This document shows, in pieces, positions 1-8,775 of a DNA stretch of 64,000 bases. Source of the DNA: Phaeosaccion multiseriatum (taxonomy: Eukaryota; Protista; Ochrophyta, other classes); assembly GCA_965112735.1 (NCBI GenBank), contig OZ218957.1, positions 868,001-932,000 on the forward strand. Direction: 5' to 3'. The notes below the pieces were generated by a model that was not told the origin of the DNA, ran no database searches, and saw only the letters and a program-made list of their open reading frames with translations. The stretch's first letter is position 1, and each line of letters starts with the position of its first letter. The position numbers and the translations under genes were made by a program.

Positions 1-1953
1 AGGCTAGATGCTGACTCTGCAGCCCTGTCGTCTCGATACGTCATTCCGAAGAGAAAGCCTGACCTACGCTACGCTCCGGAAGCACCGGATCAGTTCGCCA
101 TCCGATGCGCGTCGGACAATGAGTGGCGGGAGCGGATGTGGGGTCGACAGGTGGTGCTCGTGGGGGACTCCAGCATGCTCGCCTTGTACAGGCATACGGT
201 GAAGGTCCTCATGGGTCTGTCCCCCGAGGACTCTGCCCAGGGCGAGGAGCTCGAGGGGGATCGAGAAGTGCAATCAGCGGCCGCCAGCGCAAGCGCAACA
301 GCAGCAGACCCGTCTTTTGCGTCGCCTCTTGCCAATCGCGAGTGGAGGGGAAGGGGAAGCGGGGGCACGGTGCTCAAGTACGTGTTCATCAGCAAAGCCT
401 GGGGTGCCAGCACCAAGAAAGTCCTCAAGGAGGCGCTCGTGGGGAACAGCGTTGTGGTGATGAACTCGTGCTTCCTGGACTTGATCCACAGCGAGTCGAC
501 GGAGCACGAAACGGTGAACCAGTACATCAAGGACCTCGTCGCCCTCGTGGCCTTTGTTCACAGAAAGAAGACCTTCAAGGGGCTATTTATGTGGCTTGGC
601 AGCATGCCTGCCGCTCCAGCAGCTTGGAGCAGCGGCCTCTACACACTGCCCAGCAACAGCAGCAGCAGCACCACCACCACCACCACCACCACTACCAGCA
701 GCAAGAGTGCTCTGGCACGCAAGACAGCACAGCTGCTGTCTCGCCGAATCCCTCTCCTGGACAGCATTGCCTACGGGGTACTGGCGGAGAGAGGCAACCT
801 TCCATGTCTCTCTGTGTGGCGGTTTGGGGCTCAGAAAATTGGGGACTTGTCCAAGGATGGCATAACGTACGGCTCAAAGACGCTCGGCTGGGTGGGCAAC
901 AGACTGGCGTACTTTTGGAAGCAGCACGGAGTGGATCCTCTACCCTCTGCCTCTACCGAGCGGCAGCGACCGATCAAGCCGGGAGAACAAGTACAGCAGC
1001 CGCCCGAGAAAAAACCCAGCAAGAGTAGTGAGAAGAAAGGGAGGGACAGCAAAAGCAGTGGTCCGCCCCCCGCCGCTGCAAAGGCGAAGCCGACGCACGA
1101 GGAGAAGAAGACAAAGAAGGGCGGCGGCGGCAGCAGCAGCAAAAACAACGACAGCAACGACAACGAAGTAGAAGAAGGCGGAGGAGGAGAAAGCTGGAGA
1201 GGCAAGAGAGTTGCCAAGAACTTCATGGGTGTTGTGTTCCCCGGCACAGTGAATGCGTTCGTGCCTGCGAGCGAGACTGAAGAAGGGATGGACTTGTACG
1301 GCGTGCTCTACGACGATCAAGACTCGGAGGACCTCAACACTGCAGAAGTCCTCAAGGGCTTCGAGCTATTTCAGAGCCACTACAAAAAGCGACAGAGGCT
1401 GCCCTCCGCCGAGGGGGAAGCGGATCTGCCCTTGGCGCAGGCAAGGACGACGAAGAAACTCAAGGCGACGAGCGCGAAGCAACCAGCGGAAGAAACGAAG
1501 GATTCTGGGGAGGAGAGAGGCTCCACACCACGACCACCACCACCAGCAGCAGCAGCAGCAGCGGGAGGAGGAGGAGGAGGAGGAGGAGGAGCATCTGCAG
1601 GTGGACAGCTTCGAAAGTGGACAGCCAAAGACAGCCCTTGGGATGAGAACGGACTACTGATCAACCCCGCAGGTCTGTCGAGGGGCATGCATGTGGAGGT
1701 GCTGGACACGGGGGGCAAGACGTACGACTATGCCAGGATTTCGAGGATCAAGGAGATGAGGACCGTGGCGCCATTCAGGCGCGTCACTGTGGTCTTCTTG
1801 GTCGCCAAGGGATATGAGGAGTACATTGACGTCCTTCTGACAAACGAGAAGCCCATCCATGATCTGACCATGCCCGGCACGCTGCTCAGGTGGAAAACGC
1901 TCACGAGCGTGAAGGGGGTCATCACACGCCAACCGTGGCCTACCACACTCTGA
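1..1953 (+). CDS. Intronless ORF (5'-partial): GDS(L)/SGNH-like N-terminal region, low-complexity linkers, two Tudor/Royal-family-like domains
   Basis: Frame is open from base 1 to the stop at 1953. 'QVVLVGDSSML' resembles SGNH block I. 'GKRVAKNFMGVVFPGTV...LYGVLYDDQDSEDL' and 'LSRGMHVEVLD...YARI...VTVVF...YEEYI' resemble Tudor-like barrels. Confidence 0.6.
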   Translation, partial: RLDADSAALSSRYVIPKRKPDLRYAPEAPDQFAIRCASDNEWRERMWGRQVVLVGDSSMLALYRHTVKVLMGLSPEDSAQGEELEGDREVQSAAASASATAADPSFASPLANREWRGRGSGGTVLKYVFISKAWGASTKKVLKEALVGNSVVVMNSCFLDLIHSESTEHETVNQYIKDLVALVAFVHRKKTFKGLFMWLGSMPAAPAAWSSGLYTLPSNSSSSTTTTTTTTTSSKSALARKTAQLLSRRIPLLDSIAYGVLAERGNLPCLSVWRFGAQKIGDLSKDGITYGSKTLGWVGNRLAYFWKQHGVDPLPSASTERQRPIKPGEQVQQPPEKKPSKSSEKKGRDSKSSGPPPAAAKAKPTHEEKKTKKGGGGSSSKNNDSNDNEVEEGGGGESWRGKRVAKNFMGVVFPGTVNAFVPASETEEGMDLYGVLYDDQDSEDLNTAEVLKGFELFQSHYKKRQRLPSAEGEADLPLAQARTTKKLKATSAKQPAEETKDSGEERGSTPRPPPPAAAAAAGGGGGGGGGASAGGQLRKWTAKDSPWDENGLLINPAGLSRGMHVEVLDTGGKTYDYARISRIKEMRTVAPFRRVTVVFLVAKGYEEYIDVLLTNEKPIHDLTMPGTLLRWKTLTSVKGVITRQPWPTTL

Positions 1954-1999
1954 GTGCGCGTTTCACTTGTCTGGCGTAGACTGAGCCACCCTTTTGGAC

Positions 2000-2859
2000 C
2001 GGAACAGCAGCGCTCAAGCTTGGGGGTGCCTTCCTACTCTTAGGCAGAGGGAGGTAGCTGCCCCACACGTGGCAATGGCGAGAGTTTCGCTCTCTCGCAC
2101 CCTAAGCACAATCACTGTCGCTGGGCGTTCGTCTGCCGCGTTCCGCGTCAAGGGGGGAGGACATGGCGGACGCCCCCGTTCCGCCGGAATCTGGGACCAT
2201 GGACAGTGCAAAGACGAAATGGGCGAGGAATTGTCGGGCCCCGAGGCCGCTTCATCGGGAGGAATGGTGCAGCAGTCGGCGGGGGTGGCTTCTGCAGTGG
2301 ACGGTAACAATGGCGATGGCAAGCAGGGCGGTGGCAAAGGTGATGGCAGTAAGGGAAAAGGCAAGGGTGAGGGAAAGAAGGGAAAGCAGGGCCAAGAAGA
2401 TCACGCAAGACCCCAACAAGCCTGGCCCATGTGAGCACTGTGATAAGCCCAACAACGACAAGGCGCACTGCTGGCAGCTTGCCAACCTGTCCCAAGGACA
2501 TCGGAGGGTTACTTTTAAGGAGGAGCCCACAAAGGACGCAGCAGCCGACGCAGCGGCAGAGGAAGCGGTCAAGAAGGGAATGGCAGGCAACCAGGAGACA
2601 GGAGGTATGCACCAGATTTCCCTTCGAGATGATGGGATGGCGGAGCTCTCGCTCACGGAGGAGGGACCGTTTGTCAAGATCCCCACCTTGATCGACAGTG
2701 GGTCGAGCACCACCAGCATTAAACTTCCCGCGTTCCGCCAGATGAGGCACCAGTATGGAGCCACCCTAAGCCATGGAGCTCGAGCGTATGCCTAGCTCAG
2801 TCCAAATGGACACAGCCAATGGCGCAGCGCAGATGACAGAGATGACTCCTCCTCTCAAT
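2000..2859 (+). pseudogene. Retroelement A: degenerate gag zinc knuckle + aspartic protease, interrupted by element B
   Basis: CEHCDKPNNDKAHC (decayed CCHC), IPTLIDSGS protease motif and MDTANG flap-like segment, with frameshifts and a stop. The reading ...PPLN|LRFSTPKGPV resumes at 12794 after B. Confidence 0.75.
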
Positions 2860-2935
2860 TGTGCTAAGCTAAGATAGTAGAAACGTTGCGGGGTTTGGAC
2901 TAAGTATATGCTGCGCCTATGGTGGGGCGTCAGTG

Positions 2936-3148
2936 TGTGGAAAGTCGTGCTTAGACCTCCACGAAACGGACTAGACACACAGATAAGGTAGCAGCACCCC
3001 AAAGCTAGCCTGACAGCCGGCCTTGTATCTATTAGCTTATCTATGCACTGTCCTAAACGACCACCTACAGGAGGATAGTGAGAAACGGGCACCGTTTCTC
3101 ACTGCGTTGCCTAGGCCTGGGCCACTGACATACGACTGACTTTCCACA
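2936..3148 (-). repeat. C1 3' LTR
   Basis: Direct repeat of 5300-5512. Confidence 0.93.
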
Positions 3149-3414
3149 TCCCCGTCAGCCATCCCTGCACTTCTAACACTCCCCTGACAAGACTGTTGCG
3201 TGTCCCCACGCAACTCAAGCGTTTTCACCTACTGAAGCTACACTGTAGCAAACCCCTTTATGCTGCTTCCAAAAAAACCGGATGAGAAATATGCAAAACT
3301 CACCCACCAGTGTGTGACGTGGCACTCCACAGGTCACCCTGCCACACACCTGCCACGGCAGGGTGAGAAAGCCCAAGGCCTCAAACTCACCCTCCGTGGC
3401 TGCGCACGGCTGCG

Positions 3415-4683
3415 CTAGCGCTGGCTCGTCCCCACCGTCACCTGCTGTCCCAGCTTTGCAACCGTACGAGGCACTCCATGCGCGGCCCGCTCCGTTTCCA
3501 ATTGCTGCAGCCGATCCTTCAGAGAGTGAGGAGTCCCGTCCCACCAGTCCGAAGGATCCGCTTTAAACTCCTGCTGCCACCGGCGCTGCCTTGCCGGATC
3601 ACACTTCCTCGCGTCCATCTTCTGCTGCAACTGGCGCTCCAGCTGCCGCTCTGCCGGATCACTGGCCCCGTCGGGCCTTACCTTGCGCTTCTTCGACCGC
3701 CGCCCCCTCCTCTTTGGCCGCGCACCAACTTCGGTAGTGGAACCAAGACCACTGAGAACACCATTCACCCGCACTACAGGCTGAGCCACAGCCCGCAGTG
3801 CGTCCTCCCGCTCTTGCCAGTCCCGCACTTGCTGTACCCGCGTGCTCTCCGCTTGAGCCTGCGTGCGTACCTCTTGCAGCTTGCGCTGAGCTTCCTCAGC
3901 CAAGGCAGCTTGCTGCGCCTGCTGCCGTCTCTCTTTCTCCCCGACGCGGCGCCTCTCCACCCGCTCCTGAGCCGCACACACACGCGCCCGCTCCAACTGT
4001 TCCTCCTCCAGCCAAACAGACTCGCGCTCCTGCCGCTCCCGCTCGAGGACCGCAGCAGACACTGACCCCTCTGCAAGCGTGACGCCAGCCTGCTCTACCT
4101 GCTCCTCCTGAGCCTGCGCTTGCGCCACCCGAAGCCGAGACTGCGCCGCGGCCGCCACCGTCAGCTCTAGCGTCTGCAACTCCTTCGAGGCTCTGCGCTG
4201 TGCTGCCTGCCCTGTCGTCGTCACGGCCTTCACCAGCTGAGCAAGGACGCGCTTGTATTGCTCAGTGCGCTGCACAAGCGTCACCACCACCTGGGAAGCT
4301 GTACCCAAGCCGTACCGCTTCCCTGCATCCACCATCTTCCTCACCATGGCTCCGGTGGTCGGTTCGGCAGGGCAGCGAGAGAGACAGTGCTCCTTCTTGC
4401 AGTGAAAGCACGAAAAGACTTGCCCTGCCCCACAGTCGACCTTAGATCGTTTCTGCTTGCTGCCCGACCCCACCTGTGCAGCAGCTACCTGCACCTCCGA
4501 CTGCTTCCTTGGATCCCGACCCAATAGCTGGCCCAGTAGCACCGGAAGTGCTGCAAGGTCCATCCTGATTCCATGCAGCTCCTCCATCAACCGATTGACC
4601 ATGTCGTGATCCCCCATCGGTTCCTCCTGGGACCAGCCAGTACGCTTACTCTGTGCCAGCCGATCGCCGCGCCATGCCGGCAT
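3415..4683 (-). CDS. Element C ORF: CCHC-like zinc knuckle, long coiled coil, basic NLS-like patch (422 aa)
   Basis: CFHCKKEHCLSRC, Q/E/R-rich helices, RPKRRGRRSKKRK. Intact in both copies. Confidence 0.75.
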   Translation of the reverse strand: MPAWRGDRLAQSKRTGWSQEEPMGDHDMVNRLMEELHGIRMDLAALPVLLGQLLGRDPRKQSEVQVAAAQVGSGSKQKRSKVDCGAGQVFSCFHCKKEHCLSRCPAEPTTGAMVRKMVDAGKRYGLGTASQVVVTLVQRTEQYKRVLAQLVKAVTTTGQAAQRRASKELQTLELTVAAAAQSRLRVAQAQAQEEQVEQAGVTLAEGSVSAAVLERERQERESVWLEEEQLERARVCAAQERVERRRVGEKERRQQAQQAALAEEAQRKLQEVRTQAQAESTRVQQVRDWQEREDALRAVAQPVVRVNGVLSGLGSTTEVGARPKRRGRRSKKRKVRPDGASDPAERQLERQLQQKMDARKCDPARQRRWQQEFKADPSDWWDGTPHSLKDRLQQLETERAAHGVPRTVAKLGQQVTVGTSQR

Positions 4684-5299
4684 CTTCCCTCTTGCTGCGC
4701 CCCTGCAGCTGCTCCCTCCGAGCGTGCCTAATTATGCCTGATATCCGTGCCTGCTGCTGCTGCTGCTGCCTCTGCAGCTGCTGCGGTATCCAACACCTGC
4801 TGCTGCGCCCCCTGCCTCTCCAGCCAAGCCTGCTGTATCTCCTGCCGCTAACCTCTAAATCAGCGGTCCCCTCTGATTAAGTATAGCGGATACCCGTGCC
4901 TCCTGCTGCTGCCCCTGCAGCTGCTGTATCCAATCCTTTGCTGCTGCCCCTGCAGCTGCTCGCCAATCCTTCCGTGCCTCCTGCTGCTGCCCCTGCAGCT
5001 GCTCCTTGCAATATCCCTAGCTACCTCTTGCTGCCGATCCACGGTAGCGCTGCTGTGCCACTCTTTCAAAGCCAAGCAATAAATTCTCCCACAAATAAAT
5101 TCTCCCACCGGTTCCCAAGCAAAGCCAAGCCAAGCAAAGCTAATTAAGCTAAACGCCCCTGACGGAGCAAGCTGTGGCGTGTCCGTGCCTTGGACACTAA
5201 CCAAAAACGTCCACGTGCTAGTCTAGCGCACGATGAACTCAAAGCCTCCCTCTGCTGAGCCTATTGGTCAAGTGCCAAACTGTCTTCGAGCTTTGGGGT

Positions 5300-5512
5300 T
5301 GTGGAAAGTCGTGCTTAGACCTCCACGAAACGGACTAGACACACAGATAAGGTAGCAGCACCCCAAAGCTAGCCTGACAGCCGGCCTTGTATCTATTAGC
5401 TTATCTATGCACTGTCCTAAACGACCACCTACAGGAGGATAGTGAGAAACGGGCACCGTTTCTCACTGCGTTGCCTAGGCCTGGGCCACTGACATACGAC
5501 TGACTTTCCACA
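5300..5512 (-). repeat. C1 5' LTR
   Basis: Direct repeat of 2936-3148, adjacent to the PBS-position sequence at 5289-5299. Confidence 0.93.
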
Positions 5513-5647
5513 AGTGTCCGTATTGATAATATATCTCTACTACTTGCTGATGCAAAGCTTGTGCCCACAAAGAGGAGGGTGAAACGCTAGAGCCGTTGAA
5601 CCCCCTCGGGGCGTGCCTAGGAAACCGACATTCTTATTATACCCCAG

Positions 5648-5860
5648 TGTGGAAAGTCAGTCGTATGTCAGTGGCCCAGGCCTAGGCAACGCAGTGAGAA
5701 ACGGTGCCCGTTTCTCACTATCCTCCTGTAGGTGGTCGTTTAGGACAGTGCATAGATAAGCTAATAGATACAAGGCCGGCTGTCAGGCTAGCTTTGGGGT
5801 GCTGCTACCTTATCTGTGTGTCTAGTCCGTTTCGTGGAGGTCTAAGCACGACTTTCCACA
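5648..5860 (+). repeat. C2 5' LTR
   Basis: Direct repeat of 8021-8233 (1 mismatch seen). Contains a 12-bp-stem hairpin AGTGAGAAACGG-tgc-CCGTTTCTCACT. Confidence 0.93.
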
Positions 5861-5871
5861 ACCCCAAAGCT
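5861..5871 (+). promoter_or_regulatory. Self-priming-type primer binding site of element C
   Basis: ACCCCAAAGCT directly after the LTR is the exact reverse complement of AGCTTTGGGGT at 5790-5800 inside the LTR. There is no TGG tRNA-type PBS. Confidence 0.8.
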
Positions 5872-6473
5872 CGAAGACAGTTTGGCACTTGACCAATAGG
5901 CTCAGCAGAGGGAGGCTTTGAGTTCATCGTGCGCTAGACTAGCACGTGGACGTTTTTAGTTAGTGTCCAAGGCACGGACACGCCACAGCTTGCTCCGTCA
6001 GGGGCGTTTAGCTTAATTAGCTTTGCTTGGCTTGGCTTTGCTTGGGAACCGGTGGGAGAATTTATTTGTGGGAGAATTTATTGCTTGGCTTTGAAAGAGT
6101 GGCACAGCAGCGCTACCGTGGATCGGCAGCAAGAGGTAGCTAGGGATATTGCAAGGAGCAGCTGCAGGGGCAGCAGCAGGAGGCACGGAAGGATTGGCGA
6201 GCAGCTGCAGGGGCAGCAGCAAAGGATTGGATACAGCAGCTGCAGGGGCAGCAGCAGGAGGCACGGGTATCCGCTATACTTAATCAGAGGGGACCGCTGA
6301 TTTAGAGGTTAGCGGCAGGAGATACAGCAGGCTTGGCTGGAGAGGCAGGGGGCGCAGCAGCAGGTGTTGGATACCGCAGCAGCTGCAGAGGCAGCAGCAG
6401 CAGCAGCAGGCACGGATATCAGGCATAATTAGGCACGCTCGGAGGGAGCAGCTGCAGAGGCGCAGCAAGAGGG

Positions 6474-7751
6474 ATGATGCCGGCATGGCGCGGCGATCGG
6501 CTGGCACAGAGTAAGCGTACTGGCTGGTCCCAGGAGGAACCGATGGGGGATCACGACATGGTCAATCGGTTGATGGAGGAGCTGCATGGAATCAGGATGG
6601 ACCTTGCAGCACTTCCGGTGCTACTGGGCCAGCTATTGGGTCGGGATCCAAGGCAGCAGTCGGAGGTGCAGGTAGCTGCTGCACAGGTGGGGTCGGGCAG
6701 CAAGCAGAAACGATCTAAGGTCGACTGTGGGGCAGGGCAAGTCTTTTCGTGCTTTCACTGCAAGAAGGAGCACTGTCTCTCTCGCTGCCCTACCGAACCG
6801 ACCACCGGAGCCATGGTGAGGAAGATGGTGGATGCAGGGAAGCGGTACGGCTTGGGTACAGCTTCCCAGGTGGTGGTGACGCTTGTGCAGCGCACTGAGC
6901 AATACAAGCGCGTCCTTGCTCAGCTGGTGAAGGCCGTGACGACGACAGGGCAGGCAGCACAGCGCAGAGCCTCGAAGGAGTTGCAGACGCTAGAGCTGAC
7001 GGTGGCGGCCGCGGCGCAGTCTCTGCTTCGGGTGGCGCAAGCGCAGGCTCAGGAGGAGCAGGTAGAGCAGGCTGGCGTCACGCTTGCAGAGGGGTCAGTG
7101 TCTGCTGCGGTCCTCGAGCGGGAGCGGCAGGAGCGCGAGTCTGTTTGGCTGGAGGAGGAACAGTTGGAGCGGGCGCGTGTGTGTGCGGCTCAGGAGCGGG
7201 TGGAGAGGCGCCGCGTCGGGGAGAAAGAGAGACGGCAGCAGGCGCAGCAAGCTGCCTTGGCTGAGGAAGCTCAGCGCAAGCTGCAAGAGGTACGCACGCA
7301 GGCTCAAGCGGAGAGCACGCGGGTACAGCAAGTGCGGGACTGGCAAGAGCGGGAGGACGCACTGCGGGCTGTGGCTCAGCCTGTAGTGCGGGTGAATGGT
7401 GTTCTCAGTGGTCTTGGTTCCACTACCGAAGTTGGTGCGCGGCCAAAGAGGAGGGGGCGGCGGTCGAAGAAGCGCAAGGTAAGGCCCGACGGGGTCAGGG
7501 ATCCGGCAGAGCGGCAGCTTGAGGAGGAGCGCCAGTGGCAGCAGGAGATTGACGCGATGAAGTGTGATCCGGCAAGGCAGCGCCGGTGGCAGCAGGAGTT
7601 TAAAGCGAATCCTCCGGACGGGTGGGACGGGACTCCTCACTCTCTGAAGGATCGGCTGCAGCAATTGGAAACGGAGCGGGCCGCGCAGGGAGTGCCTCGT
7701 ACGGTTGCAAAGCTGGGACAGCAGGTGACGGTGGGGACGAGCCAGCGCTAG
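6474..7751 (+). CDS. Element C ORF, copy C2 (425 aa)
   Basis: Near-identical to 3415-4683 except a divergent C-terminal patch with an in-frame 6-bp indel. Confidence 0.75.
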   Translation: MMPAWRGDRLAQSKRTGWSQEEPMGDHDMVNRLMEELHGIRMDLAALPVLLGQLLGRDPRQQSEVQVAAAQVGSGSKQKRSKVDCGAGQVFSCFHCKKEHCLSRCPTEPTTGAMVRKMVDAGKRYGLGTASQVVVTLVQRTEQYKRVLAQLVKAVTTTGQAAQRRASKELQTLELTVAAAAQSLLRVAQAQAQEEQVEQAGVTLAEGSVSAAVLERERQERESVWLEEEQLERARVCAAQERVERRRVGEKERRQQAQQAALAEEAQRKLQEVRTQAQAESTRVQQVRDWQEREDALRAVAQPVVRVNGVLSGLGSTTEVGARPKRRGRRSKKRKVRPDGVRDPAERQLEEERQWQQEIDAMKCDPARQRRWQQEFKANPPDGWDGTPHSLKDRLQQLETERAAQGVPRTVAKLGQQVTVGTSQR

Positions 7752-8020
7752 CGCAGTCGTGCGCAGCCACGGAGGGTGAGTTTGAGGCCTTGGGCTTTCT
7801 CACCCTGCCGTGGCAGGTGTGTGGAAGGGTGACTTGTGGAGTGCCAAGTCACACACACACTGGTGGGTGAGTTTTGCATATTTCTCATCCGGTTTTTTGG
7901 AAGCAGCATAAAAGGTTTTGCTACAGTCGAGCTTCAGTAGGCGAAAACGCCTGAGTTGCGTTGGGACACGCAACAGTCTTGTCAGGGGAGTGTTAGAAGT
8001 GCAGGGATGGCTGACGGGGA

Positions 8021-8233
8021 TGTGGAAAGTCAGTCGTATGTCAGTGGCCCAGGCCTAGGCAACGCAGTGAGAAACGGTGCCCGTTTCTCACTATCCTCCT
8101 GTAGGTGGTCGTTTAGGACAGTGCATAGATAAGCTAATAGATACAAGGCCGGCTGTCAGGCTAGCTTTGGGGTGCTGCTACCTTATCTGTGTGTCTAGTC
8201 CGTTTCGTGGAGGTCTAAGCACGACTTCCCACA
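8021..8233 (+). repeat. C2 3' LTR
   Basis: Direct repeat of 5648-5860. Confidence 0.93.
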
Positions 8234-8325
8234 CCAGAATGTGTGACCGGAAACCCTCAGGCAGGACAATCTACCACACTACCCCCAAGCGACAGTTCGA
8301 GCCAACTGGGAAGTAAGTGTGTCTA

Positions 8326-8481
8326 TCATCTAGTGTGTGTCCGCTTTCGTGTGCGCGCGGAGCGCGGCGGCTTAGTAGCCGATCGCGTCGTAGTCTTGCG
8401 CAGATAGGCTCGGACTGCGCTGATCAACTGCTTGTCCTGATGGTGCTGCAGGTAGGTCTCCAGTAAACGTGGAGCATTCAG
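8326..8481 (-). pseudogene. Remnant C-terminus of B pol (chromodomain-like tail)
   Basis: Translates LNAPRLLETYLQHHQDKQLISAVRAYLRK...*, resembling the helix after the chromodomain WEP motif, located just before PPT/3' LTR. Confidence 0.55.
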
Positions 8482-8521
8482 ACCGGGAGGTATCAGTCTA
8501 GCAAAAGTACGACTTCTAACA
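8476..8521. mobile_element. Half copy of hairpin element D
   Basis: ATTCAGACCGGGAGGTATCAGTCTAGCAAAAGTACGACTTCTAACA = D truncated at its central palindrome. Confidence 0.8.
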
Positions 8522-8686
8522 AGGCTAGTTGTGAGTTCGAACCTTAGCTGTCGCTTGTGAAAAAGCGTATTTTTCGGCGAAAACTGTTACCAGCTTGCTG
8601 GCCCATGATGCTGATTCTCAGATTGCGAGTTACTTCTCTCCACTATGTGCGGTGGGGGGGGGGGGTTCGTCCTCTAGCAACGGTCT

Positions 8687-8775
8687 TGTTAGAAGTCGTA
8701 CTTTTGCTAGACTGATACCTCCCGGTCTGAATTCAGAGGGCAGGTATCAGTCTAGCAAAAGTACGACTTCTAACA
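8687..8775. mobile_element. 89-bp palindromic MITE-like element D
   Basis: 34-bp perfect TIR TGTTAGAAGTCGTACTTTTGCTAGACTGATACCT around CCCGGTCTGAATTCAGAGGGC. Confidence 0.85.

Larger units (their letters stand above)
2936..5512 (-). mobile_element. Non-autonomous LTR element C, copy C1 (2577 bp)
   Basis: 213-bp LTRs at 2936-3148 and 5300-5512 with 11-bp terminal IR TGTGGAAAGTC..GACTTTCCACA, TSD AGTG (2932-2935 / 5513-5516), single ORF, no pol. Confidence 0.93.
5648..8233 (+). mobile_element. Non-autonomous LTR element C, copy C2 (2586 bp)
   Basis: 213-bp LTRs at 5648-5860 and 8021-8233, TSD CCAG (5644-5647 / 8234-8237), short PPT GACGGGGA before the 3' LTR. Confidence 0.93.
2860..8278 (-). 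repeat. 3' LTR of element B, split into three pieces (2860-2935, 5513-5647, 8234-8278) by C1 and C2
   Basis: The pieces rejoin exactly to the 12546-12793 LTR once C1, C2 and one copy of each TSD are removed. Confidence 0.92.

Noticed and set aside
2936-5512. DIRS/Ngaro-type element with split or inverted repeats
   Set aside because: The repeat layout is fully explained by nested LTR insertions with TSDs; no tyrosine recombinase was seen.
5268-5892. Repeated 62-aa ORFs MPVSHYPP...
   Set aside because: They lie inside the LTRs of element C, start at GTG and have no protein-like features.
2936-8233. Single giant inverted duplication or assembly fold-back
   Set aside because: Each arm has its own TSD and paired LTRs, and the arms diverge in their 3' parts.
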